A stretch of DNA of 64,000 bases from Octopus vulgaris (lineage: Eukaryota): positions 4,030,001-4,094,000 of the forward strand of contig OX597826.1 of the NCBI GenBank assembly GCA_951406725.2. The letters run 5' to 3'. The notes under the pieces are model-generated. The model had not been told where the DNA came from and searched no databases. It was given only the letters and a program-made list of their open reading frames with translations. Both the position numbers and the translations under genes were made by a program. Shown piece by piece: positions 46,490-60,619 of the stretch. Each line of letters starts with the position of its first letter. Positions within the stretch are counted from its first letter, which is position 1.

Positions 46490-47041
46490 GTGACGACCGG
46501 TGTCCTGTGATGAAAAGCAAAGGATTGCGTACCTTCACTAAGAGGGCAAGTCTAATTCTGTGATAGCATCTACTGTAGGAAGGTCTAGAAATGTTATGCA
46601 ACGAATTGTAACTCGTTTCAAGTCATCAGGATCGATAGATGAAAAAGCCAAAACCGGTAGACTTCGCACATCTTCACGAAGACAGCATCGTATTATGGTT
46701 TGAAGGATAGGTTTAGGAGTACTGTTGAGATATTCCGCCAGTTTAACTCCACTTCCGATGTCAACGTATCGCGCAAAACAGGTGAGGAGTTTCTGGGTTG
46801 CTTTCCCGGGCACCGGCAAAGAAATCTCTGATCTCCCGGAGGAATCGGGGACCCCGTCTTCGTTTCACTCCGAACATGTCGTTTGGACAGAAGAACAGTG
46901 GTCACAAGTTCATTTTATCGATGAATCGAAGTTTAATGTGATTGGTTCCGATGGCGGGATGTACGTCCGACAAGGGAATGGCGAAGAAGACAGTGAATTA
47001 TGGAGGAGGCAGTGTAATGGTATGGGGAGGATCTTTTCTGC
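46490..47041 (+). mobile_element. Tc1 transposase 5' remnant
   Basis: HTH region ...SGSIDEKAKTGR..., WTEEQWSQVHFIDESKFN, YGGGSVMVWG; truncated by the next element. Confidence 0.85.
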
Positions 47042-47809
47042 TGGGTAGAAGGAGGAAGTAGTAAAAAAATAGGTAGGGGACAATAGGTATGCTGTACGTA
47101 TGGGGATGTGCAGGTGTGTGCTTGTGTTAATGAGTGCAAGTGTTTATGTGTGTGTATGAATGTGTGTATATAACTGCATTTGTGTCTGTGTGTGTGTGTG
47201 TGTGATTGTGTGTGTGAGATAGACAAACGTCAAAAGGGCAGTAAATTTTGTAACATTTGTAATTCTGAACTCTCCTATATTCTTTTCGACAAGGTTCCCC
47301 TAGTAAACACACTCATAGAAAGATCGTACAAATGTAAACATTAGCAGAAACACACTTTCCACTCATATAAATGATAAAGATAACCACTGTAGTTTTAACA
47401 ATTAGCTTCATATCCACACCACTGCCATAGACAAATTCTTTCCTGTTCTTTTCTATGCCTTAGAACATTCCTTCAATCAACGTTTACTTCCCCCTCCATA
47501 CCTATTGCTCCGTTATATGTTCCAGTGCTACTAAATATCTTTGACGTATGTTTCTCTCGCTCTCTCTCTATCACACACACAATCAAACACATAGACACAA
47601 ATATTTCACCTTACTACTACGTATATTTGATGTTTGTCTATCTGACACACACAATCACACACAGAGACACAAATGCAGTTATATACGCACATTCATACAC
47701 ACACATAAACACTTGCACTCATTAACACAAGCACACACCTGCACATCCCCATACGTACAGCATACCCATTGTCCCCTATCTATTTTTTTACTACTTCCTC
47801 CTTCTACCC
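47042..47809. mobile_element. Non-autonomous element with ~190-bp TIRs
   Basis: 47042-47234 is the reverse complement of ~47627-47809 (tgggtagaaggaggaagtag... / ...ctacttcctccttctaccca); no clear TSD. Confidence 0.8.
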
Positions 47810-48207
47810 AATTTTGACGTGAATGCTTATAACGGATTTTTTTACAAAATCACTCATTATCACTGTGGTTACCATGTAGGCAATCATCAAAATTTTTTGT
47901 TGGTCTTGTGGCTGAGAGAGGCTTCTTATCTTTCCTGATGAGAAGATTGCATAATGCACCCTTTATTCCTTCAGAATAAAAGTATGCCGTCTTCGAAACA
48001 TGTGTCGAGAGTAAAGGAATTTTGTTAACATCTTCGTTCGACTCCATTCTTTCATTTATTCATATATAAAAAACACACAAATTTTCACACAAGAACCCGG
48101 AGTTTCTACCCTTGACAGGTCGCTTCAACCGTGTTTTCTGATATGAATTTGCTACCCAGGTATCGGTTAAACGAATTTTCCATGCAAGGATAATTCATTC
48201 ACCTACT

Positions 48208-48278
<71 letters not shown>

Positions 48279-48859
48279 GTATATATATGTTTAGGCGGAC
48301 ACTTGCAGTTTTAGCCCAAGGTGGTTTTTGCAGGCCACATGGTTGAATAAGCCGTCAGGCGAAGCAAAGTTGGCAGTCAAAATTGATTTCATGACAAATT
48401 TAATTCCACTTCCAGTTTATATCCCCAGCCTCCTTATCACTAATTGTTTTGTTGGTATACTTAAAAGGCTTTAAAAATAATAAGCTCCAATTAACTTTTC
48501 AATATACAAATACACACGTCCACCCATTTGTCATCTAAATACGAAACAGTCATATATGTGTATGAGTTCATGTGTTCGTTTATTTGTATATATATATACA
48601 TATGTATGTCTGCATGTACAGTACGAGTCCGTGTGCGTATTTGCGTGTAGATGTCTGTGTAGTTTGTTTTTAATTATAAAGTTTATTAAAATGGGAGTGC
48701 CGCGTGAGGATTGCACGAGTGAGAAATTCTTTCAATGATCCTAAGATTCCATAGGGATTTTCCTAATTTGATATTGTTATTAAGCCAATTAGAGAATATT
48801 CTCCCAGCAGTGAAATACTTATATATATCTGTATGTTTGTGTGTGTGTGTGTGTGAGTT

Positions 48860-48944
<85 letters not shown>

Positions 48945-49689
48945 ATTTATACATATATGTATGTATGTATATGTAGAGTGGGAAATATGATTCTCCTGAA
49001 AGGTCAAGTTGCCAGCTTCGGGATTGAAAGCTATATCATCTCCAAAATTAGATGTCAGAAATTGATCTACATTCTTCATCTAAATGAGGGACCCAATATT
49101 ATAATAGCGTATGATTAAAACTGCATAGCTATTCAAAACTTTGCCCCCAAAACCCAGATAACTACGAAGCGTATTTGTTCAAAATCCTCTAAGTAAACTT
49201 TTAACTAAGATGCAAAAAAAAAAATTCTTTTACGGAGTGGCAAATATGAGTGGCGTTATCCGTCTCTCTGATTCATCAGAACTATCTACGAAGAGAAGTT
49301 TCGTAATTGTGAAACAAAATAAACTAGCAATCACAACAATGGGTATGCTCCAGCACAGGTACAAAATATAGCTGAAATAAAAAAAAAAAGGCGTAAAAAT
49401 AAATTAAATGTGGAAAAGAGAAGCGTGTAACGAACATATATTTTCGTGTGAGAATCTAAATACATCTGCTTCCTGATAAAAAAAAATACATATCGCTTCA
49501 AGAGTGTTGTAATATCAAAGAAGAACCATATTGAGGAAAGTTAAAATATCGTATGATCAGCTCATATCGTAGGTGTAGGGTAACATTACTATATAACACC
49601 TTAACTTAATTTAATTCAGTACACATTTATAAAATCATTGCAGATATTTCGAGAATTCCTCACCATATATATATATTTATATATATAAT

Positions 49690-49730
<41 letters not shown>

Positions 49731-49734
49731 CTAT

Positions 49735-50015
<281 letters not shown>

Positions 50016-50047
50016 TATATACAGATATATATATTTATATTTATACA

Positions 50048-52400
50048 TATATATTTGCTTTCGATGCGAAATTTGTTTTTATACTGTGTAGTTTTCATAA
50101 GCCTGTAACTAATAATAATGGTATTTTTATATAAGTTTAAAGCGATCACCCTGCAATGACTAAGAAAAATAGCCTAATAAAGGGGCATATAAGCCCCTCG
50201 ACCAAAGAAAAGGCTTTCCTATCCGCGTGGGATTCGAACACGCGTCCATTTGTTAACGCGACTAAGTATGTTACCTTTACACAAGCTAATCAAATTCTAC
50301 TGTCCTGACAAACTTAAGAACTATAATAGTTTGTAATTGTTTTTTTTTAATGTATGTTTTTTTTTTCTGTATGCTTTCGGTGCGAATGCTTTTTTTAGAT
50401 GGCGCTGTTTCTACATTCCTTGGTAACGCACTTAGTCACGTTAACAAAGGGATGTGGTTTCGACTCCCACACAGATATGAAAGCCTTCTTCTTTTCTGCC
50501 GAGGGCTTATATGCCCTTTTATTAGACTATTTTTCTTAGTCATTGCACGGTGATCGACATAAGCCTTAAGCTTATATAAAAAATACTATTATTATTATGT
50601 ATAGTAATGTAGAAACGGTGCTGTATAAAAAACAATTCACACCGAAAGCATATAGAAAGTTTGTTTACGTATAAAAAAAAAAAACACGAACTATTATAGT
50701 TCTTAAATTTGACCGAAAAGGAGGCTGATTCGCTGGTGTAAAGGTACCACACATAGTCGCGTTAAAGAGATGTAGGTTCGACTCCCACGCGCATAGGAAA
50801 GCCTTCTCTTTTTATGTTGAAGGCTTATACGAGGGGCGTTCAATAAGTAATGCCCCTGACCCACATCCCATAGCAGTAGAGCAACGACACTTGGCACAGT
50901 TATTAGTCTTTTCCTACATAGGAACTACCCAGAGTTATGCATTTCTCCCATCGTTTGATACAGCTCTGGAGACCGTTTTTGTAGAAGACCCCAGCTTGGT
51001 CCTCCAACCACGACGTGACTTCAGAAATCAAGGCTGCATCATCTGGGAAACGCTTTCCTTTCAAAATCAACTTCATGGCTGGGAAGAGGTCAAAATCAGT
51101 GGGTGCAAGGGGAGGAGTTCATAGTTGCACGCCTGTGCTTCTGATCTGGCGACACGCGAGTTGTGGACCGGAGCGTTGTCCTGCAGGAGGAGGATGCTTT
51201 TGCTGATCTTGCCCCGCCTCTTGATTTTGATAGCTTCTCTTAATTTCCTCAAAAGTGAAGCATGATAGGCTCCTGTAATTGTGGTACCCTTTGCCAGGAA
51301 ATCTGTCATCACTACTCCGTTCTGGTCCCAGAAGACTGTGAGCATAACCTTGTCAGCGGAGGGCTGCACCCTTGCCTTCTTTGGAGGAGGTGAGTCACGG
51401 TGCTTTCACTGCATTGACTGGGCTTTGGTCTATGGATCATAGTGATGGACCCAGGTTTTATCCTGTGTGATCAGTCTTTTGAAAAATTTTGACTCATCTT
51501 CTTGGCACATCTCCAAATTCATCCTCGAGCACTCAACGCGTTCTTGCTTCTGGAAAGGTGTGAGCAATCTGGAAATCCATCTGGCAGACACCTTTTGCAT
51601 ATGCAAATGGTCATGAATGATAGTTTCCACAGACCCGGTACTAATCTTGACCTCATGGGCTATTTGGCGAGTAGTTATGCGTTGACCTTCCAAAATGGCA
51701 GCCTCAACTTGACGGACAGACGTCTCATCAACGGCAGAAGGGGGCGACCAGATCTGGAAGCTGTTTCCACAGAGTTCCGACTATGTTTTAATTCACAATG
51801 CCAGCGTTTTACAAGGTCATATGATGGGGCATCATCACCATAAGTTACTTTCATTTCATCAAAAGTCTCCCGTGGTGTGCGTCCTTTCAAATACAAAAAC
51901 CAGATCACTGCTCGACATTCAACAGGCTCCATTTCACACTTGACTCAGTTTAAACAACTGTAAATCAGAAACCACAATTAGTTCAGACTATTTTCCTTAG
52001 TCATTGCATGGTGATCGCTTTAAGCTTGTATAAAAATACCATTAAGGATACACCTTCATAATATCCCAGAAACACCTGTAAGTCTATTTCATTATAAATG
52101 TCCTGAAAACTCCTCTCAGCCTTTGCTTTGTTATCCCAATATATCTCATACGTACATACAAATATATATATATTTGTAATTGTTCATTTTGAATTAATAA
52201 ATGGTGGGGGTTTTTTTTCTAATTTAATATATGTAAACGATCTTTCTGTATACGAATGTTATTTTTATACGGCGCTGTTTCCACATTCCTAGGTAACACA
52301 ATTAGTCGCCTTAACAAAGAGATGTGGCTTCGACTCCCACACGGATACGAAAGCCTTTTTCTTTTCTGCCGAGGGCTTATATGCCCTTTTGTAATTGTAA
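50048..52400. mobile_element. Cluster of a tRNA-like repeat (family E): one inverted and three tandem partial units, split by a mariner
   Basis: ggttcgactcccac...gaaagcctt...gagggcttatatgccc at ~50455, ~50775, ~52325 and inverted at ~50180-50240; sequence resumes at ~51985 after the mariner. Confidence 0.7.
50830..51985 (-). mobile_element. Mariner (irritans/Himar1-like) with near-complete, disrupted transposase at ~50890-51932
   Basis: TA|cgaggggcgttcaataagtaatg terminus; CRAVIWFLYLKG, RSGRP, KVSARWISRLLT, LITQDKTWVHHYDP, KVMLTVFWD, LLLQDNAPVH; frameshifts and stops; 5' TIR missing. Confidence 0.93.
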
Positions 52401-52562
52401 TTGTTCATTTTGAATTGATAAAAGGAGGTGTTTTTTCTAATTTTTATATATATATACATTATATTGTATGAAATTTGATTTAGTATTTCTAAATTGAATT
52501 TTTTCCCTGTAAGTTTGGATTTATATTTCCTCAAATAATTAAACTATACATAAGAGGCAGAG

Positions 52563-52872
52563 ATCCCCTTCGCTCAGGATTGAACCTAGAAAGTTCCCCT
52601 CCGAGGCACAAATCCGAGCAAGGTTGTTTGTGGAAGACGAGCTGTCGATAAAGCATACCAGTCTCACCTCTCCACGCCATCGGTGTTATCCAAGGGACAC
52701 GCAATGTCTAATACAGCTTCATATCAGTGACGTCACAATTCATTTCTACAGTTGGGTGAAATGGGATAACATGAATTAAAGTATCGTGCACAATAATGCA
52801 ACACAGAGCTGGATCCAGGAATCGAACTCATTACCTCATGAATATGAGCCCGACACTCTAACCAGAGCCATG
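52563..52872 (-). mobile_element. tRNA-SINE family D with CORE-like middle
   Basis: Head catggctctggttagagtgtcgggctca...gagttcgattcc; cccatttcacccaactgtagaaatga is CORE-like. Confidence 0.7.
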
Positions 52873-53210
52873 ATATATATGTATGTGTCTGTGTTTGCAT
52901 ATACGTATGCATATATATATAAGCATGTATGTTTGACAATTTCAATATTGTGTATTCAACTGCGGGGGCGCACCAGGACACCAATAAGAAAGTCAGCAGG
53001 CACGTCGTACCATGGAGTGTAATCACATCAGCATGGCTTCAAATCCCGTTAAACCTCCCACTATACATTCAAACATAACATAACCCACGCGTGTGCACAC
53101 ACACACACTCAAACATACTTATAAATAGATATGTCAAAACATGTACTCAAACGTTTCTATATTTCTGTACACACAGTCACACAGAAGACGTTTCTACACA
53201 CATATAGATG

Positions 53211-53277
<67 letters not shown>

Positions 53278-53743
53278 AGAGATAGAGATAGAGGGAGAGA
53301 GAGAAATAGATAGATAGATATTCATATGTATACAAACATATGTATATTTTATGTACGTACCTATGTAAATGTATATATATATATATACATACATACACAC
53401 ACAAACACACACTCACACGCATATGGTGGCTTAGGAAACAGAGACTTCGCAGTCACTCTCTCGCCCTTCATGTAAAAGTGAAATTAAATATACATTCGGC
53501 CAAAATATGTTGAATAATCTTTCAGTTGAAATTAAATTTTATAAATAACATCTTGTATATTTGTTAATGGGCGGGGGCTACAATTTAAAGTTTTGTTTAT
53601 CGTGACTTAATCAAACAGTCTGTTACAAGATGGATCCTGATGCGAAAATCGAAGTCCCAGTCAACACCTACAGAAAAGCTGGTATAAATGTAAATATAAA
53701 CTAGATAATTATTTCTTTATATTACATTTAATAGCATAAGTAT

Positions 53744-54371
53744 TGTGATGGTTTGTTGGCAACTTAATGTGCCTGTCCCAGGAAAAGGAAGAATGCTACT
53801 GCTATTTAGCCCCAGGAAACGCCGTTTCCAGTTGGCTACGTGACAGAAGCTTTCTGCGTTCTTAAGTTTTCAAACAGGGGAGATAAGCACCTCCACCCAG
53901 CAAAACCAGCAAGCAGAGACCAGTTTCAGAGTTATTGATCTTCATCAGTCTGGAGTAGTTTGTTAGCTGTCGATAATTATTCGCCTTTGAAAACTTACAG
54001 AATTTCAAGTGAAATAAATTCACTGATCTACAAGATTAGAATTATTGCTTTTCTAAATCTCCCAGAGAGACTTATGCAGTAGTAGCACGAAAAATGTGAT
54101 GGTCTGTTGCCAATTTAATGGGGTAGTCCCAGGAAAGGGAAGAATGCCACAGCTATTTAGTCCCAGGAAGCATCGTTTCCAGTTGGCTACGTAACAGAAG
54201 CGATCTATGTCCTTAAGTTTTCAAACACGGGAGATAAGCACCTCCACCCACCAAAGCCAGCACCCAGAGACTAGTTTCAGAGTTATTGCTTTGCTGGGTG
54301 AAGGTACTTATCTCCCCTGATTGAAAACTTAAGAACACAGAAAGCTTCTGTCACGTGGCCAACTGGAAACG
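53744..54371 (-). mobile_element. Retrozyme/Penelope pLTR-like repeat: ~350-bp tandem plus inverted terminal segment
   Basis: 53744-53937 repeats at 54095-54288; ~54290-54371 is the reverse complement of ~53823-53903; hammerhead at 53914-53953. Confidence 0.8.
53914..53953 (-). ncRNA. Type I hammerhead ribozyme motif
   Basis: CCAGA-CTGATGA-AGAtcaataacTCT-GAA-ACTGGT-C-TCTG; second partial copy (54264-54289) reads gcaataactct-GAA-ACTAGT-C-TCTGG with palindromic stem III. Confidence 0.8.
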
Positions 54372-54469
<98 letters not shown>

Positions 54470-54522
54470 TGTCACTTCCTGGAATCGAACTCGGAATCTT
54501 GTTGGTGTTAGTAGCCCGCGCA
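54372..54522 (-). mobile_element. tRNA-like head plus (TAA)n of the hammerhead-tailed element
   Basis: gcgcgggctactaac..aagattccgagttcgattccaggaagtgacatgaataat matches 9005-9058. Confidence 0.75.
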
Positions 54523-54649
54523 AACCCATGTCTCCTTTACAGATAGTTTTCTAACATACGAACTGAAATGGCACGTTCTATCTCTCTCGCTTTCTCTGTC
54601 TCTATGTTGTGCGGAAGTAGAACAGTCATATTTGGTTGGCTACTAATAG

Positions 54650-56250
54650 ACATGCGCAGAGAGTGTGGGGAGAGAATCGGTGAGCTTTGAAAGAACCGTG
54701 TCGTTTTATATTAAATCACTTGGGATTCCCGAGCAGATAAGTTACCTTTAGTTGAGGTATCTCTTTAACGAGTTTACACATTGTTGAAACTGTTGAACTA
54801 TTGTTAACTAATTGTTGTACTGTTTGACTTGATTTTGTTATATCTCCCCATTCGGGGGAGAAAATTGTATTTAGCTGTGGATGTAGTTCAGGCGACCGAA
54901 CAAATACGAGCCGGGAGCCACGCGTCTGTAGCAAGCCGCGAAAACGTTACAGCCACCGTTAACCTGCTGGAAGTGGATTTGGAAATTTTGAAGAGGAATG
55001 AGTATTTAATTCAGAGAGATAGGTCAAGGCTAAAGCTGGCTCACCCTGAACATGAAAAATAAGAAAATCGTGGTTTGCAGATCATTGTCAGTCAAGAGCA
55101 AGAAAGTAGAGATGGCAGGCGAAGAAGCCATTGTTGAGTGCCTCAAAATAATCAGGAATGATTTCCAATTTTTTTCTAGAGGAAGATTTGGTACAGTGGA
55201 AGTACGTTTCGCTAGCGTAGAGGAGCAATAAAGTACTCAACCGCGCATTTGAGAACGGGGAAATGGGTACTCCTGCTAACCTGTTTCGGTAAACGTGTGG
55301 TGAGAGTAAGGATTGGCAGGATGCCCCCAGAGATCGCCTTGATATCGCTGTTTGCAGCAATTTTGACGGGGACAAAAGAGGACCCAAATATAATACAAGT
55401 GGCTCGGACGAAGCAATTAAACTAATGGGTATACGGCCTGGAAGTCATAATCCAGGCCACCTCACAGGACTTGGAAGGTATAGTGGAGGAAATTGAGCTG
55501 AAAGAAGAATTGAAGCTGCGAGTGGTGTTGGAGGGGCGACCTTTCGCCTGCTACCACTGCAGAAAGAGGGGGCACATAAAGGTGAGCTGCTCATTTTTAT
55601 ACAACGAGACCAGTTAAGGAGAAGCAGGAAAAGAACAGCAAGACCACAGAAGAAACAAATGTGGTAAGTATATAGAAGAGTTCTAGGAGGTACAATGCAG
55701 AAAGAGAAAGGAAATAAAAATCCACCCCTCTAAAAGAACCTGAACAAAAAGAAATAGACAGAAACAAGTAACACGTGAGCATCCACAAAATATAGAAAAC
55801 ACTCACACAGTCTATCACACCGCCGCAAACATGCCCCCCCCCACACACACACACAAATAATCCAAACTACCCAGAGTCTCCAGATAAATATAGACTAACA
55901 GAAACAGAAACACAAACCTCACAGGCCAGTCAGAAAAATGAGTCATTTTGTGATTACCTATGTGACGAGCACGGCCACCGAGAAAACAATTTCAAAAATG
56001 AAATCAAGAGTATGAGTTAAAATGCCTGAAGGATCCTACCCAACAAACATTAAGTTTATATTAATAGATATGGACAGGTACAAAAAACGAAAAGAAAATT
56101 TCGGTAATGACATAGACCCATTGGGACCGGAGGTGAAATGCAACTCTCTACCCCACGTGATAGTATATGAGACCTTGAAATCATACATGATCCGATAATG
56201 TAAGTTTAAATTTGATTTAAAACTGATAAACATTGAAGAAAGATATAGTT
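54650..56250 (+). mobile_element. L1/Tx1-like LINE 5' remnant (ORF1 with CCHC knuckle)
   Basis: LRVVLEGRPFACYHCRKRGHIKVSC (CX2CX4HX4C) at ~55516-55590; flanks purine-rich and stop-ridden; boundaries approximate. Confidence 0.65.
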
Positions 56251-56488
56251 AAATGCTACTTCTCGAGAAGGGGGTTCCAATCGCATTAAGTCGATAATTC
56301 ATTTCATTCATTCGTTTAAGTTTTATGACCCCACTTTGTATAATCTGTCCTTGTGCTGTCTCCTCTGTGTTGGGCCCACAGTGGCCAATGAAGAAATTGA
56401 CAGTGGGTGAGTTGTGTAAAGCCGGGAGTTACAGTATATCGCACGTCGAACGTGCGATATAGCACTCTCACTTTCTCGCTCTTCTCTT

Positions 56489-56546
<58 letters not shown>

Positions 56547-56570
56547 TGCATGCATATATATGTACGTATG

Positions 56571-56633
<63 letters not shown>

Positions 56634-57186
56634 GTGTGTGTATATACGTCTATGTATGTGTGTGTGTCTATGTGTACTAGCGCATATACGCATCAATGTC
56701 TAAGTAAAAATAGAGATAAATATCTTGATGGATCGAAGGAGAGATAAAGGAAATATATACATACATACTAACACACACACATATGTATATATATATACAC
56801 GCTCCTATACCGTTATGTATATATACAGGCAAATAAATGCATACATACATATATGCATACCACGCAAGCAATAATAATGTAGAAGGTATAGTTACGTACG
56901 GTCTAGTTGTTTAGAATAACTTTGAAATCCTTCTGTATTTAATGTCAGTTTTGACACCCACTGTTGGAACTCGACACAGGTTCGTATAACTTTCTTTATT
57001 ACTGAAGTAAGCAAGATACCAATGTGAAACCATAGATTTAGTCATTAGTTCCTATTTTATTTCACCATCAAGGAAATTTCAGTTATTTTCAAACACACCC
57101 ATATACAGTCACACACATATATTTAATATACATATGGATATATATATGTGTAAACGTATATGTGTAAATATATATGTACATAAATG

Positions 57187-57219
<33 letters not shown>

Positions 57220-57281
57220 GTATGTATGTGTGTGTGAGTGTATATCAGTATATATATATATATGTCTGTGTGCGTGTGTAT

Positions 57282-57333
<52 letters not shown>

Positions 57334-57392
57334 TCAAATGTGGGTGGCATTTGTACATTTTTTACGGGATTACTCTTTCTATTTACCACGTC

Positions 57393-57424
<32 letters not shown>

Positions 57425-58036
57425 TTGTGTGTGTGCTTGTATGTGTGTGTTTTATGCAGGCATGTTTGTCTGTGTGTGTATACATCTGTGCGTTCACATG
57501 TACATATATGTGTCTGTGTGTACACTGTATGCAGAAAGCAATTTTATGGGAAGGGAGCAGGAGTACTACATCGACGCAAATCAATGTATGATAATTTATT
57601 CTATTAACTTCGATCTGATGAAAATCAAAGTTGACCTCGGTGAGTTTTGAGATAAGAACGAAAAACTTCCGCGAACCATTTTGCTCCAGGTGACAAAAAT
57701 TCTAGTAGCTTGCCCCTACTGTATATTCACACAGATATAGACAAATAAGTGACCTTACTTCCAGTTATTACGTTTTGAGTTCAAATCCTACAGACTTGAA
57801 TATTTCCCCTACAATTTCCTTAAAACAAAGAAGCCGTTACGTTCCTCGGGGGATGTAAATGAGTTGCACCTAGACTCAAACGTTTTGGGATTTAACCCTG
57901 CAATGGACCGGCCTCCATTTCAGATTGGATGTTGTGCTATCGGTCATTTATAGGCCACCCGGAACCCAGCTAAACGTCCTAATGTGTTCTAGGGCTCAAG
58001 AAAAATTATAAAGAGATATGCATATATACATATCTA

Positions 58037-58072
<36 letters not shown>

Positions 58073-60037
58073 TACACATAAATTTATAAGTACACACATA
58101 TACATATGAATAGATGTGGTGTGTGTGTGTATGCGTGTGTGTGTGTGAAGCAGTGACCCGGCCCTTCATATCCTACACCCGTCAAAGTGAAGTAAACGAG
58201 TGCAAGAAGATTAGCACAGTTGCTGCGTTTGTGTTTTCGCTGAATGAAATCCTCTGGAGATTTGCCGTCGGTGAAGACCCCTCTCCTCACCACGAACGAC
58301 ATGTACACGCTTTCCACCCCGATGGTCCCTATCGACTTAGTTTACGAATGATGGCGTTGTGACCCTGCAAGACGAAACAGTGATACCGTATGACCTATGA
58401 AAATGTGCCGATTGGCCGAGACTGACGCTTCCGTGACTGAGTCTCCTAATTATTTTAAGACATTGAACAAGAAAGACAACTCTGCATTGAAGGAGCTCCA
58501 ATCCTGTGCAGCAGCGTGCGTAGTATGTTGAGCAACAAGCAAGGCGTTCTTTTACATTTCCCGCGTAAGATTTGATACAGACGTGTAAATACCCTCCACG
58601 CATCTCAAGTAAGCAACGGAAAAATAAGAAACTAATAATTTACTGCAAGTTGCGTAGAATTACGTTTGAGCGTCTTCCATTTATGGCCAGCTAAATTTGT
58701 TTACACAAAGGCCTTTTATGAGCACTCTGTGTGTGTGTGTGAGAGAGAGAGAGAGAGTGTGTGTGTGTATGTGAGTGTGTACGTGAATGTGTGTGTGTGA
58801 GAAAGTGTGCGTGTACGCGCATATGAATTTCTTAAGAGATTGCCGAATATATGGGAGGTATACTTATATATATAATTAAACTTTATATATATATATACAT
58901 ATATATATATACATATATATATTTATATTTATTTATTTATTTATATAATATATTTGTATATTCACGGGTCTGTGTGTCTGTGTGTGCATGTATGAGTGTA
59001 TGTTATATACATATTCATGTACATACATCCTCGTAAACACTTTAATAATATCTACATGCTTATATTGGGATTTCATGTTGTTTCTTTGATATTAATAATT
59101 TATTTTTCAGCTATGCCTTTTCAAGCTTACAAATATTGATTTCCCCCTAATTACTCGCATACACACACATACACCATATATGCAAATGCATTCGTAATAT
59201 AAAACATACATGCATTGATATACATAAGCTCACACAGACATGCGTACACAAATATATGCATGCATTAAATATGTATACGTGCATGTATATATACACATTT
59301 TTAAACACAGTCACACATACATAAATATGCATGTATTATTTACGTAAGATTACATGTATGTAAATATACGTGTATATCTGGAAATATGCATGTATGTATA
59401 TGTGTGTGTGTGTGTGTGTGTGTACGTGTGTGCGTGTATGTATATGTGTACTGACGTCATGATAAGAATATTTTATGTTGAAGTATATTAACAGTTTCAT
59501 TACGATGCACATCAGAAATTTTAAAGAAATATCACGTGACGCATACCAATATCTACAAACAAACATCGGCGTATCTTATTTCTCATCCTATCGCAGCGTC
59601 AGTTCATGTAAACCGTGCTATCCGGTGTATTCATATCAGAAAATGAAATAGTTTCTGTTTTTTTTTTTTGTTTTGCTTTTTTTAAAATTTCTTATCAAGA
59701 TGAAATATTAATTTTTGTTGACAGGAACGGCATTAAGGAAATGAATATGTTCACAAACAACCAAAAACATGACGGAAAATATGCTTGAAATTTAAAAGAA
59801 ATTTTAACAAACAAAACATTTAATGATACGCGGTGGATTCTTCTGTCATTTTTGAAAAGTTCTTGAAACTGCTTTGATCATTGTAGGAAGGTATACAATT
59901 TCATGCTCCATTTAAAAGAAAAACATATATTGCTTGATGCTATTGATGTTGATGTAACAATCAATTGAACGAAAATAATTCTTCGCACCCAATACCCTAT
60001 TTCCACTAATAATAATACGATTGATGATGATGATGGA

Positions 60038-60260
<223 letters not shown>

Positions 60261-60619
60261 AGGGGAGGACTGATAATAATAGTGTTTTTCTTATTATCCA
60301 TCAGTCTTTATGTATATAATACAAAACACATTACGTAGAATAGTTACAAAATAAGTGGAAATTTACATTTAAATTATTCAAACGCAATGGAACCAAATGT
60401 TGTTCTTCCACTCTTCAACGAAGAATCAGACCCTCTTTCTCTCCCATCCAATGATGTCCTTCTTTCAACTGCAAACCGGATCTTAGAAATTAATATGTTC
60501 TACTCAAATATCTCTTAAAGAAACATGCTGTTTGTTCACTTCTAAAGCATAGATGATCTATAGTAGGGCTGGCCATTAACTAAATGGATTTCCTTTATGA
60601 CCGTTCATCTCTCTTTTCC

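Noticed and set aside
50890-51932. Functional or domesticated transposase (SETMAR-like)
   Set aside because: Multiple frameshifts and stops, degenerate WVP and YSPDL motifs, no SET exon
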